From Eledone cirrhosa (taxonomy: Eukaryota), in NCBI GenBank assembly GCA_964016885.1, contig OZ024740.1:114576001-114640000 (forward strand): a stretch of 64,000 nt of DNA, in the 5' to 3' direction. The notes beneath the pieces were generated by a model. That model did not search any database. It was given only the letters and a program-made list of their open reading frames with translations, and had not been told where the DNA came from. Shown piece by piece: positions 50,181-63,955 of the stretch. Each line of letters starts with the position of its first letter. The stretch's first letter is position 1. The translations under genes were made by a program, and so were the position numbers.

Positions 50181-50300
50181 TTCATTGATTACTCAATGAA
50201 TGTAGTTTTACAATAGATTAAAAGCAATCTACATTTTCTGGAGTTATTAATGTGTTATTCTGAATATTAATAAATGAAGACATTCACATAATCAAAATAT

Positions 50301-50367
50301 GTTTTATTATATATATTTCGAAGGTACTGTGCTGTTTTTTCAGTACGTCGTCGTCAGATAAAATACA
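50301..50367 (-). ncRNA. Minimal type I hammerhead motif
   Basis: ttttat-CTGACGA-cgac GTACTG..CAGTAC cttc-GAAA-tatat-ATA-ataaaa; stems I and II pair, stem III is a TA palindrome. Confidence 0.55.
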
Positions 50368-51874
50368 TGAATTGATGTAGGACATACCTGAACGGTCTTG
50401 ATAGTTCAATTCCAATACTGGAATATTTGTTCACTTATATAACTAATTCTGCAATTAATACCTGATGAAATCGCTAGGCCTTGTATCATATTCGGATGAT
50501 GAAGTTGGTTTATTGAAATATGTATAGTGTTTTCGCGAAATTAAAATGGTAAAGTTTCCAGACCGGCCTTCTGGTGTTATTTTTAATGAATATTTTACAC
50601 CATTCCTGCACCAACCCCTGGACACACATCTGCGATAGATAATCTGCATAACGTCCCGTGCTTTAATTTATTGCATCATCGTTTACTAAACGGAAAATAA
50701 GTAAAAGAAAAAGATTTCGAACTATAGAAAGTGTATGAGGAGGAAAAAACTTACAACCATTTTAGAAGGGTTTTTTTTTAATCAAGAAAAAATGTCGACT
50801 GAGAAATGAGTTTGCTTACCTGTTCTTCAGTTCTAGTTGTCAACATCTTTCTCAAATTGAGAGAAAATGAAGTGAAATAGTTGTAGCTATAAACATAAAT
50901 ATTATAAGTCCATTTATTGTCTTACATATAAAAGTAACAAAGGAACGGCTATAAAGTCTTAAAATGAGAATCTATGTTGCCACTGGACCTATAAGAAATA
51001 ATTTTCTCTCAATCATACCATACTCATTTTAAAATGCGGAAGGAAATATGTATATCCAGCATGATATAGTAATGTACACAATACGAGATGGTCAAGGCTT
51101 TGATTGGAGATGTGCTACATTAGGATCGATTTGGAAATAAACAACAGCAACGACTTTAATTTATGTTGTAAAGCGTAAGTTCAGTTCCATTCGGACACTT
51201 CTGTATTTGCAGACACAGCTGTTTAAACTTTCATACAATTATCTGATTTTTTTTACAAAACATTCTTGGATATTTTATCGATATTCGATTCTGTGAAGAA
51301 ATGCTACTGCAATATGTGAAGTTCTTCATTGATTTCAGGTTTGTTCATTGATATTAGGTTCTTTATATGAATCTGCTGACTTTCGTTGAAAACAAAATTC
51401 ACTCTTTGAAGTTCCGGTGGTTAAGTCCGAAATGTTGACAGGCCGCTGAAAATTCGCAGCTAATTACACATCAGTTTTACAACCAGTTACTAAGGTGCAA
51501 TCATCAGCAAAAAAAAATCTGGAATATTTGCATGCTTAACACAGAGTGTAATTTTATAGGGCTCTAAACGTATTGATTCGTTTATTTGAATGCCTAAATC
51601 GGTATCTGAGATAGAGCAATCGATAAGAACAGAACGGAAACAAGACGTCAAATCCTGTAGTATATAAGCGTAGACATAATACTATACAAAACAGACCATA
51701 CATATCTATCTATCTATCTCTCCTTCTCTCTCACTCTCTTTCCTTCTCGCTCTCTCTCCTTCTGTCTCTCTCTTTCTCTCTCTCTATATATATATATACT
51801 TATTTATTAAAATAACAGATTAAATTTTAAGCAATGAACCGCTTATATATATATATATATATATAAAGGGAGAT

Positions 51875-53690
51875 ATATTTCTTTTATTTGCCACTAGGGC
51901 ATCAAAAGTGGGACAAGTACAAAGGGGGGAGTTTACATAAAAAGGCGTCCTCAATAAGGAGGAGGCAATAACAAAATATAAAAATAAAATAAGATATAAC
52001 AAAAAATAAAATGTTTAACAAAATCCTCAATAGAGAGGAGGCGCCTTGGGGGGTCGCACACACCCCCGAAAAAAGTGTGCAACCCTTCTCCTCAGGAGCA
52101 CAGAGAAGGGGTGCTCCCTTGGTCTTTCATCTTCCTCACCTATAGTCTGATGTAGAGTGAAGGCCCATTCACACGGGCCATTCTCGCCACTTTCACCCAT
52201 CTTTCATAGAAACGGCTGGGGTGCAGCACCTCTCTCTCCATCCTGATCCTTCTTCCAAAATGATATCGGAAGAAACGGACCAGTTGTTGGCCAGAGAGAA
52301 AGGTGCCCGACCTCAGTCCTTTCAGACGCGTCCACCATACAACCTCTTTCGCCATGGCTATTACGCACAGAAACACCGCCTCTGCTTCATCTTTGAAGGG
52401 GGGAGGCGGCTTGATCATTACAATAGACTCGGTGGTCAACCGGATCGGTCCCACCCTTGACAGCAGTTGTTCGACATAGCCCCACAGATCGGCTACGCCC
52501 GAGCAGTGTACTAATGCGTGTGCAACGGTTTCCTCGTCGCACACGCATCTGGGACAGATCTTTTTGGCGGGGTCCCTACCCGGGCGCCCGTGTCTGTAGA
52601 GCCTTTCTCGAACGGGTAAAGCCCCTCGGTAGCACTGCCAGGCCAGGGACTTCTGGAAGTTGTCCATAGGTCCCGGGCTGAATGTCCTACCGAACAGGCT
52701 GGCCAGTTCGTCCTCCTCCATGTCTAGGGCTTCTCCGAGGGCGTCGTCGCACCTGCTGCGTACCAGCCCTCTATAGAATGTTGCGGTGGAGTCTCCACTG
52801 ATAACCGGATGCGCCTGCCAGAGGGCGGTGAGCGCCTGGGCACACTCAGTGTGCCAGGCGCCCAGTTTTCTCGGTCTTTGCTTGACCCAGGATTGCAGCT
52901 CGGTGAGTGAGACGAGTCTGGGAAAGGTTCGTCTCACAAACGAGGCCCACACCGGTTGTCCGGTGAGGAATACGTAGAGGTGCCGTAGCCTTAATGCGTG
53001 TTTACGCATCATTAGCCACGGCATCCCCAGCCCTCCTTTCGAAGGGTGTTGACAGCAGATGGATCTCCTCACCATAGGAGCCCGCCTCTTCCAAAGGAAT
53101 TGGAAGAGCGCGCGCTCCATCTTGGTGAGGGTTTCCCTTGGGCAGGGCACTACGGTCAGGCGGTAGTAGATGACGGACGCTATGTAGGTGTTCGCCACCT
53201 CCGCCCGACCTTTCAGGGATAGTTTGCAACTGGCCCACTTCTGGGTCAGTGCAAACACCCTGTTCGTAACCTCCGCCCAGTTTTTCTCCACCTGGAGGTC
53301 CGGTCCGAACCAGACCCCGAGCAACTTCACCGGGCCCTCCGTCCAGCGTCCGACGACGCTATCGGAGGGCATCGGTCTGCCCCTCCACGTGCCGAGTTGC
53401 AAACCGATCGACTTGTCCCGGTTCAGCTTAGCCCCTGTGAACTTTTCGTACTCCTCCAGTAAGGTGCCGACCGCCTCGATTTCGGAGGCCGTCGACACCA
53501 TTACTGTCACGTCATCGGCGTAGGCCGACACCGCTTTCCGCAATCCCGGTTCCAAAGAGATGCCCTGCAACAACTCCAACTTCCGCAGTAGTGGCTCGAG
53601 AGTCAACACATACAGAAGGGAGGAGAGAGGGCACCCTTGTCGGATGGACCGCGCGATTTTGAACGGCTCCGAGAGGTAGCCGTTCACCTT
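51875..53690 (-). mobile_element. 5'-truncated Tx1/L1-clade element (copy D)
   Basis: Uninterrupted ORF2 C-terminal half plus a 3'UTR ending in AATAAA, similar to copies B and C. Confidence 0.92.
52140..53687 (-). CDS. Tx1-like ORF2 C-terminal 515 aa (RT core end and zinc finger), 5'-truncated
   Basis: IRQGCPLS, AYADD, KLLGVWF, GGLGMP, CPRC..ETVAHALVHC. Confidence 0.88.
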   Translation of the reverse strand: MNGYLSEPFKIARSIRQGCPLSSLLYVLTLEPLLRKLELLQGISLEPGLRKAVSAYADDVTVMVSTASEIEAVGTLLEEYEKFTGAKLNRDKSIGLQLGTWRGRPMPSDSVVGRWTEGPVKLLGVWFGPDLQVEKNWAEVTNRVFALTQKWASCKLSLKGRAEVANTYIASVIYYRLTVVPCPRETLTKMERALFQFLWKRRAPMVRRSICCQHPSKGGLGMPWLMMRKHALRLRHLYVFLTGQPVWASFVRRTFPRLVSLTELQSWVKQRPRKLGAWHTECAQALTALWQAHPVISGDSTATFYRGLVRSRCDDALGEALDMEEDELASLFGRTFSPGPMDNFQKSLAWQCYRGALPVRERLYRHGRPGRDPAKKICPRCVCDEETVAHALVHCSGVADLWGYVEQLLSRVGPIRLTTESIVMIKPPPPFKDEAEAVFLCVIAMAKEVVWWTRLKGLRSGTFLSGQQLVRFFRYHFGRRIRMEREVLHPSRFYERWVKVARMARVNGPSLYIRL

Positions 53691-53701
53691 GACCCTAGAG
53701 C

Positions 53702-53771
<70 letters not shown>

Positions 53772-54803
53772 TGAAAGATATATATATATATATCTGTCTA
53801 TCTCCCTTTTTATCTCTCTACCTACCTGTCTACCTGTCTCTCTCTCTATATATCTATTCTACGTTAAATAACATACACCAATATTCAGTTAATTAAATTT
53901 AAAACTAACAAAAATGACATTCATTTCGAAGCAGTAGAAATGTAACTACAATCTATTAGGTAGTGTCTTAGCCTACGGCTGTTAATTTGAGGTTTTTCTT
54001 CATAACGTTCTCTACATTGGATAGTTTTAGACAAGGTTACTTTCAAGGAAACACGCAAAGTGCAATACAAATAGATATTCTGATATAATATTGCATAATT
54101 TAAATAAATGTCATATGATTCTGAACTCAATCCTGAATGTTTTACTTATTTTATACAATTTCAAAGAATGAAAGCAAAATTTACTGCATTGAGTGTTGAA
54201 CGTAGGTTGAAAATCATAGCATAATTTATATTATAATGTGTTTAGTTTAGCTTCTATCACGTTTGCTTAACAACCGTCTTCATTGGAATGCTGAAAGTAT
54301 GCCTGGCTGGATGTTTAAGTAATTCTCTCTGCAACCAACTGCTTTGTGTTTTCTAGACTTCAGTCCTAAAATTTGTCGATGAAAGTAACTACACGTAAAC
54401 ATGGTTGGAAACTTATCGGGAAAACTGTTTCTGGATAATAATAGAGTGAATCCGTCATCTCGTTTACTGTTATTACAGTTATTAACTAGTCCATTTTGTT
54501 GCGAAATTCTCTTGTCTAAAGATAACTTTCGCCAGTCTTGGAGACCATAATAATGGTCATAGGATCAGACCTTTTTTTAAGCATTTAAAATCAAATTCAA
54601 AATTTCATTTCATTACTATAGTATAATAAAATATTTCGGATTATTAGAAGATATTAGCGAATATTTCATAAAACGTTCAAATACAACAATATTTCAAAGG
54701 ACAATCTTAGACATGTATAATGTATACACAGGAAAAGAGAGACACAGACAGATAGACAGTCAGACAGACGCGCACACACATACACACATACAGACACACA
54801 CAC

Positions 54804-55216
<413 letters not shown>

Positions 55217-56700
55217 ATGCGCGGTGTGTGTGTGGGGGGGGGGTGTACATAATCTCGTTATCTTTCGCAGTGTAGATTCTAGCTCTTATTCCGAGTGAGA
55301 TAAAGTTGGTTTCAGGCCATCAACAAGTATTCTTTCAACAGCAAACGTTATGAACAAGAGCACTCCGCTGAACAGACATTTGGACATTTACACACTTTAT
55401 TGGAAAAAGTAATTTTTAATGGCAATTCCATTGGCAAAGAATAACTATATTATTTGATTTAATATTATATCAACTCTAATTGCAATTGTATGTCTGACCT
55501 TACCACAATTCACGTTTACTATACTCAATTATGTCTTTCCTGTTCAAATATATTTTCAGCTTCGCAGATTTACATATTTACCAATATTTCTGATTTTATA
55601 AAGGTTGTTTGCCGCAGGCTATGTTTGTTGCTGGTGTTTAGCCTCTCCACACTGATGAATGGGAATTCGCATGAAATATTAACAGGCGAGAATTGAAATA
55701 TAAAAAGGCAAATGGCGCCAGGTGGACGAAACATGTTAAAAATTAAAACAAAGCATTTGCATTTTTGCCTTCTTAAAGAATTCAATATTACCAAATGATC
55801 TGTGTATAAAACTAACATTGCAGGGGAAAAAGAAAGTGCATAGAATTCAGAAAATAATTTAGTATAATATTTTGTTCACGCAGCATATTACTAACGCACA
55901 CTTTAGTTAATGTATTTCATTGTTCGGCAACCACATATAGAAAAATATCAATCCATATCAAGAGAGGTGCATTAATCAACACTAGATTATATTTCCCCAA
56001 ATCCTCTACCAAAATATTTCTTGGACTAAATCATCTATTTCATTTGCAAACATGATTTTAAGGCTTATGTCTAGTAATAAAGATATACTTTAATCATCCG
56101 GAAATGAAAATTGCACAGAGCTTTTCAAGGATGTTTTTTTTTATATATTTCTAAATTTATCATAGCTATGATTATCTTTCTATTTGAGACATACACCACA
56201 GCTTGAGGTCCACTGTCCCATTATTCTCTTTTATTTGTTTTCTTTCGTCCTTCCATTTGTGCTATTTGTTTTATCACACACACATCATACCAGCAGAAAG
56301 ATTTATTTTCCTTTTGCACGATTCAACATTTTAAAATGGTGCACTTAATTAAATCGTACGAAACCATTTTGCTGGTTTGAAAGCTGATGAAGGTGAAGAT
56401 GTGTGTGTGTAAACTTGTCTTGTACATCGACTTTCTTTATTTCTTTCTTCCAATCACATCTGTGCGCCAGCACACTTATCCTTCTCCTCCTCCGCTTTCA
56501 GTCTTTTCTATATATCATCTGCCTGTCACCCACCTTTTGGATTGTCTCGTTGACAGAATTTAGGTGTTTTAACAGCTGTTCTAGCGATGGTTTATTTTCC
56601 TTTTTATGTACCTCTGTCAGTTGTCTCCTTGAACATAAAAACTAATTGTATTTTGTTGGGTTGGCTACAGCCGAAGCTTCGATTTTATTAAACTTCCATT

Positions 56701-56767
<67 letters not shown>

Positions 56768-57220
56768 GTGTGTGTGTAGCCAACCCAACGAAATACAATT
56801 AGGAATTATGCAAACAAGCACTCCATGAGAAAGCTCAGAGTAATAACATTCGTTAGACGGCATGACAAATTGAAAACTGTGGCAGGCAAGCCTAGCCATG
56901 ACACCGAAGCAACGAGAAAACCAACAGGTTAATAAAACAAACCTGGGCCCTCTCGGAGGCACAGAGTCGTTTCTCCGAAAGGTTCCTATGAAATCCAAAA
57001 TTAACAATCCTACTTGCGCAAGTATGCAAGTTTTTGGTGTTTGAAGACCGAACTGAGGATTCATGTTATCAACAGGTTTCCGTTCTGTGCCTTGACCCGG
57101 TGTGGTATGAAGTAGCAAGCCACTGTTGTTAGCAGAGTTAATGCCTCAACTATTTTCCCAAGGGAAATAATTGCATATATATATGTATGTACATATGTTT
57201 GTATATTCATGAAACAATTA

Positions 57221-57389
57221 CCGTATTTCTCGAAATCGAAGACGCTATTTTTTCCAAAAATAAGTCTCAAAAGTCTACCATGTGTCCTGGAGGCCGAAGG
57301 TTGTTTATTATCTTTTTCTTCAAATTTTTGGTTGTAAAAATTAGGGTGTGCCCTCGAAGACGTAGCGTCTTCAGTGCCGGGAAATGCGG
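57221..57389. mobile_element. Tc1/mariner (Tc2/pogo-like) MITE
   Basis: TA-CCGTATTTCTCG..GAAGACGC / GCGTCTTC..CGGGAAATGCGG-TA; TA target-site duplication (TSD). Confidence 0.7.
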
Positions 57390-57996
57390 TAAATAAATAA
57401 TTTTATTTACTGAAGCTGTTCAAACAAACAAGTTATGGTGAAACATTTACTGAGATTGTTCAAATTATTTATTGGAATATTTCGTGAGATAATTTTCGTA
57501 AAATTGAAGAGTGGCTAGGCTCTGACAGTAATGATAATTTTAAAATATATACAAATATTTTCAGGAAGATTATTCGAATTGCTTCATAAAATGTTTTACA
57601 AGTAACATTTAGGAGGCTGGCAGACACGTAAGAGAACACGTAATATATCTCGCTGGTAGACAATATGACGTTCTAGGTTTGAAGTAAGCTTCAATGCATA
57701 TCCTTATATACATTATCTTATAATATATTTATAGATCAGTCAGCCAAACAGTTGACAAGTTTATACATTGATAATGAAATTGGACATGAACCACTGTATG
57801 TGTCAAATATTGCCTCTTGATAACACATTATTTCCTTTTATTTGTGTTTGCTCGTGTACACATGTACTAATGAACAAACAGACAGACGTGAACACGTACT
57901 TTCTTCGGGAACGCCATTATAATATACCTAACATATATAGTTCCACCAAACAGATAATAATATAGTAATCACTGTCAGTCAATGGCTTGCTGAAAT

Positions 57997-58048
<52 letters not shown>

Positions 58049-58051
<3 letters not shown>

Positions 58052-58358
58052 TAAATAGAAGGAAATGAAATTTCATTTCTCACTCTTAGTACGGCTGTTA
58101 CTTAAATGTAAGTATGTTTGTATGTATACGTACATACATATATGTATACAGACGTACAGTAGTATGTATATATATATACATACATGCACACATATATATA
58201 TGTACGTATCGGTTTACCGAACATTTATTATAATGCTCGGTTTGTTCGTTTGTAAACAAACAAACAGCCGAATTACGCCGTAGTGTTTAGGCAACCACGT
58301 CACCTTTTTGTTCAACACTGACACAGGAACGATGTACTAGTTTCAAGCTTATTAGCTA

Positions 58359-58360
<2 letters not shown>
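58049..58360 (-). mobile_element. Truncated dispersed copy of the hammerhead-bearing repeat family, between (TA)n tracts
   Basis: Homologous to array units from ribozyme stem II to the family 3' end; CTGACGA core truncated. Confidence 0.85.
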
Positions 58361-58408
<48 letters not shown>

Positions 58409-58451
58409 TAGAAAGTGATTTTTTTTATAAAATGAAAAAAATGAGTGAAAG

Positions 58452-59393
58452 TATAAGATAAAAAGAGGAAATCCAAAATGCAACTAGAGTCTTTTTTTTT
58501 AAGTATATTTATTTGGTTCCTTTACCGGTTTAGCAGTTCTTGTGCTTTTCAAAAGTATAATTGAGATGGATGTTTTGTGGATTTTCTCACATCTGATTGT
58601 TGTTTGAATGTTACTTTTATTTTATATGGAAAAAAGTGGCTCGAAATGCTAGGTTTTAGAGAAGTTGTTTGGTTGGTTGGTGAATAAGTATAATAAATGT
58701 CGCACCAGTTCGCAAATAAACATACATATCTCTACTTTCTTTATTTCAATAGAAAGTCTGTATTTGGACACCCAGCACATCAGCCATATTCACTGAACCA
58801 GAAGAATTCTCCCCATCCCGTTCTTCTTGACCATTAACTTTTGTTTGTCACAAAATTCTCTAAAAGGCTACAAAAGAATTCCCAAATATGGGCGCCAATT
58901 TAATGTTCACGTGACGGTCATAATTTCATTTATATACAATCAATTTACATTTATTTTTTTAAAAAAAGCCTCCGTGAGCCACTTTTTTTTAAGTAAATAG
59001 AAATTCAAACACAAACTGGCGCGAAAACTGATGTGCTTATTCATGTGACTGCATCAACCAACCATACTTCACTCATATATGAAAAAACAACCTGAGCCAC
59101 CCTTTCTTTGAAGGCAAATATAAGAATTTTGTAACGCGAACTGGCGCGACATTTATTATACTTATTCACCTACCAACCAAATTACTTCTCTAAAAACCTA
59201 GCATTTCGCGCCACTTGTTTCCCTATAAAACAGAAGTAACATTCAAACACCAACCAGATGTGAGAAAAACCACAAACCCTCCATCTCAATTCTATTTTTG
59301 AAAATCACAAGAACTGCGAAACCGGTAAAGGAACCAAATAAATATATAAAAAAAAAGAAAAACTCCAGTTGCATTTTCGATTTCATCTTTTTT

Positions 59394-59400
<7 letters not shown>
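58452..59400. repeat. Long imperfect inverted repeat (~260-bp arms, ~420-bp spacer), flanked by (TA)n
   Basis: 58452-58713 is the reverse complement of 59136-59400. Confidence 0.9.
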
Positions 59401-59443
<43 letters not shown>

Positions 59444-59457
59444 GTGTGTATATATAA

Positions 59458-59567
<110 letters not shown>

Positions 59568-59587
59568 TTATATATACACACATGCAT

Positions 59588-61894
59588 GCTTGTTTACAAA
59601 CACACCGAGCATTATAATAAATATTCGGTGAATCCATACGTGCATATATATATGTGTACATGTATGTATATATATACATACTACTGTACGTCGGTATACA
59701 TATATGTATGCACGTATACATACTTATATTTAAGTAACAGCCGTACTAAGAGTGGGAAATGAAATTTCGTTTCATTTTTTCCGTTTATCGTTTTCGGTGC
59801 ACCCGGCCGATTAACCCACTCGATATGCAAATTGGGCTACTCAGCCGTTAATATGCATAAGGTAAGTATATACGTTCAACAATCTGGCAGGAAGGTATAC
59901 GTTGCTGACGATAGCTAACAAGCTTGAAACTAGTACAGCGTTCCTTTGTCAGTGTTGAACAAACGAGCAACGGTGGTTGCTAGACACTACGGCTTAATAC
60001 GGGATGTTTGTTTACAAACACACCGAGCATTATAATAAATATTCGGTGAATCCATACGTGCATATATATATGTGTGCATGTATGTATATATATATATACA
60101 TACTACTGTACGTCGGTATACATATATGTATGTACGTGTACATACTTCTATTTAAGTAACAGCCGTACTAAGAGTGGGAAATCAAATTTCGTTTCATTTT
60201 TTTCCGTTTATCGTTTTAGGTGCACCCGGCCGATTAACCCACTCGATATGCAAATTGGGCTACTCAGCCGTTAATATGCATAAGGTAAGTATATACGTTC
60301 AACAATCTGGCAGGAAGGTATACGTTGCTGACGATAGCTAACAAGCTTGAAACTAGTACAGCGTTCCTTTGTCAGTGTTGAACAAACGAGCAACGGTGGC
60401 TGCTAGACACTACGGCTTAATACGGGATGTTTGTTTACAAACACACCGAGCATTATAATAAATATTCGGTGAATCCATACGTGCATATATATATGTGTGC
60501 ATGTATGTATATATATATATACATACTACTGTACGTCGGTATGCATATATGTATGTACGTGTACATACTTATATTTAAGTAACAGCCGTACTAATAGTGG
60601 GAAATGAAATTTCGTTTCATTTTTTCAGTTTATCGTTTTCGGTGCACCCGGCCGATTAACCCACTCGATATGCAAATTGGGCTACTTAGCCGTTAATATG
60701 CATAAGGTAAGTATATACGTTCAACAATCTGGCAGGAAGATATACGTTGCTGACGATAGCTAACAAGCTTGAAACTAGTACAGCGTTCCTTTGTCAGTGA
60801 TGAACAAACGAGCAACGGTGGTTGCTAGACACTACGGCTTAATACGGGATGTTTGTTTACAAACACACCGAGCATTATAATAAATATTCGGTGAATCCAT
60901 ACGTGCATATATATATGTGTGCATGTATGTATATATATATATATACATACTACTGTACGTCGGTAAACATATATGTATGTACGTGTACATACTTCTATTT
61001 AAGTAACAGCCGTACTAAGAGTGGGAAATCAAATTTCGTTTCATTTTTTCCGTTTATCGTTTTCGGTGCACCCGGCCGATTAACCCACTCGATATGCAAA
61101 TTGGGCTACTCAGCCGTTAATATGCATAAGGTAAGTATATACGTTCAACAATCTGGCAGGAAGGTATACGTTGCTGACGATAGCTAACCAGCTTGAAACT
61201 AGTACAGCGGTCCTTTGTCAGTGTTGAACAAGCGAGCAACGGTGGTTGCTAGACACTACGGCTTAATACGGGATGTTTGTTTATAAACACACCGAGCATT
61301 ATAATAAATATTCGGTGAATCCATACGTGCATATATATATGTGTGCATGTATGTATATATATATATACATACTACTGTACGTCGGTATACATATATGTAT
61401 GTACGTGTACATACTTCTATTTAAGTAACAGCCGTACTAATAGTGGGAATGAAATTTCGTTTCATTTTTTCCGTTTATCGTTTTCGGTGCACCCGGCCGA
61501 TTAACCCACTCGATATGCAAATTGGGCTACTCAGCCGTTAATATGCATAAGGTAAGTATATACGTTCAACAATCTGGCAGGAAGGTATACGTTGCTGACG
61601 ATAGCTAACAAGCTTGAAACTAGTACAGCGTTCCTTTGTCAGTGTTGAACAAGCGAGCAACGGTGGTTGCTAGACACTACGGCTTAATACGGGATGTTTG
61701 TTTACAAGCACACCGAGCATTATAATAAATATTCGGCGAATCCATACGTGCATATATATATGTGTGCATGTATGTATATATATATATACATACTACTGTA
61801 CGTCGGTATACATATATGTATGTACGTGTACATACTTATATTTAAGTAACAGCCGTACTAAGAGTGGGAAATGAAATTTCGTTTCATTTTTTCC

Positions 61895-61900
<6 letters not shown>
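59588..61900 (+). repeat. Tandem array of ~422-bp units (about 5.5 copies), each with a hammerhead ribozyme; retrozyme-like
   Basis: CTGACGA cores at 59905, 60328, 60750, 61174, 61595 (periods 423, 422, 424, 421); no meaningful ORF; flanked by (TA)n. Confidence 0.93.
59889..59945 (+). ncRNA. Type I hammerhead ribozyme, first of five array copies
   Basis: cgttg-CTGACGA-tAGCTaacaAGCTt-GAAA-cta-GTA-cagcg; predicted cleavage after A59935. Confidence 0.85.
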
Positions 61901-61961
<61 letters not shown>

Positions 61962-62094
61962 CATATATACTCATATATTCACACATATAGATATATATGT
62001 GTGTGTGTGTGTGTATGCCGGATTCAATCAGGGATAACTACAGTAAGTAAGGTACTCAATACATAGCAGAGTATAAATATTTGATATAGAAATG

Positions 62095-62145
62095 GCCTCT
62101 ATAGGACTAGTACTGTTTCATTCGAAGGAAATCATCAGGGAAGCC
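62095..62145 (-). ncRNA. Hammerhead-like motif (PLE remnant)
   Basis: CTGATGA-tttccttcgaat-GAAAC-agtacta-GTC; stem I not clearly paired. Confidence 0.4.
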
Positions 62146-62391
62146 GACTGTCAATGTTTTATGGCGGTATTTATACATTTTCTGGTGTAATCAGGAAGGT
62201 TGTGATTGGGATCTGATGGTTTTAAAAAATGGGGATCCTCTGAAAAAACTATACTTAGGGAAAAATACTTAGATGAAAATAGTGATACAGAAGGATACAA
62301 AAGAAAGACACCTTATTTTTCAAGGTTCAATTATGCTAAGCACACAAAAGGTTTTTCTTTAAGTTGCTGTATTAACATTCTGTGTCCACAA

Positions 62392-62978
62392 CAAGGTTTC
62401 TCAATCTTTTTTCAGCCAGCAGCCCCTTTGGGCGCAAACCCTTTTTATCAACGCCCCCACAACCTGTCAAACTAAATTTCAAATAAGATACTGAATTCAT
62501 CTTACATCAAATGGGTATAAAACCGAAAACAAGTGTGTGTGTGGGGGGGGGGGGCGTTTGGGCCTTTAATAGACAGGGGTCAATTTAAGTTCAATGGCAG
62601 AAACATAGCCATACATACAAACACATACATATAAGCCACCCCCAAGAGCCAGTTTTATCCAAAATTCTGACCTCCATTCTTTTCGCATTTTTTCATTGTT
62701 TTATTGTTTTTCTTTTAGTCGTCTGTCACCATTCATCTGTTTTTCGTTTTTGTTTTGGGATTTCACTTTAGCGACACCAGTTACACATGGGCCCAGGAAT
62801 TCCGCTTGGTCACCAAAGTGGAAAAAGTGTTTTTTTAATTTTTGAAGATTTGAAAGAAAAAGATTTGAAATAAATAAATGGATAAATACCCACCGCCCAC
62901 CTGCTAATATTCATCACGCCACAATAAAAACACCCAGCGCCCCCAAGGGGGCGCTAGCGCATACGTTGGAAAACACTG
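62392..62978. mobile_element. Non-autonomous hAT DNA transposon
   Basis: TIRs CAAGGTTTCTCAA / TTGGAAAACACTG and 8-bp TSD gtccacaa (62384-62391) / gtctacaa (62979-62986). Confidence 0.8.
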
Positions 62979-63818
62979 GTCTACAAAATGGTCAGGTCCT
63001 TACATTCACACACTCAGACAGACACATAGACATCCATACACTCATACATGCACATACACATACACGCACATATATATATATATATATACATATATATTGT
63101 TTTACCCTTTTACCTGTCTGTTCTAGCCATCCGACTGAGGCCATGCTGGAGCACCGCCCTTTATATATATATTCATATTATATTATATATTATATAATAT
63201 TCATATTATACATACAAATATGTATACACACACATATATATATGTGTATTCTTATTCTTATACTAATATACTCTGTTCTGCACGAGCATCGATTGCTCAC
63301 TCGAAATACCGCCTATCGACGTAAATGTCTTGCACATATACACCTACACACACACACACACACAGACACACACACACACACACATACACACACACAACAC
63401 ACACACATATATACACACACACACACACACGCATATATATATATACATATATATATATATATGGGGGGGGGGGTGAATACGTGTGTGTGGAAGGGTGTGC
63501 GTGTGTTTGCATGGATTTGTATTGTATATTCATATGTTTGTAAATGTGAGTGCATTTTCTAGTAACTTTCTAGTAATTTTCACTCCAATATTGCACAAAG
63601 CATTCATTCTCTAATCATTACGTGTCATTTATTATGAATACACAAGTAATGTTTAATTTTTATCTTTGGGAAGCGAAACTTCCAAAGATTAAACGATACA
63701 TTTTCAAATTAGAGTTCTAGCCAATGCTACCGAGTACTTCCGAATGCTACCAAGTGCGTTAGGTTAGTTTCTGTCTAGAAAACTGAATCATATATGTTAA
63801 AATTAGATTGTTTTCTCG

Positions 63819-63955
<137 letters not shown>

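Noticed and set aside
55270-55490. Possible GIY-YIG C-terminal remnant on the minus strand (ERILVDGLKPTL)
   Set aside because: Too short and degenerate to call without a homology search
59588-61900. CRISPR array or protein-coding repeat
   Set aside because: Whole units repeat with no unique spacers; eukaryotic context; ORFs are short and low-complexity
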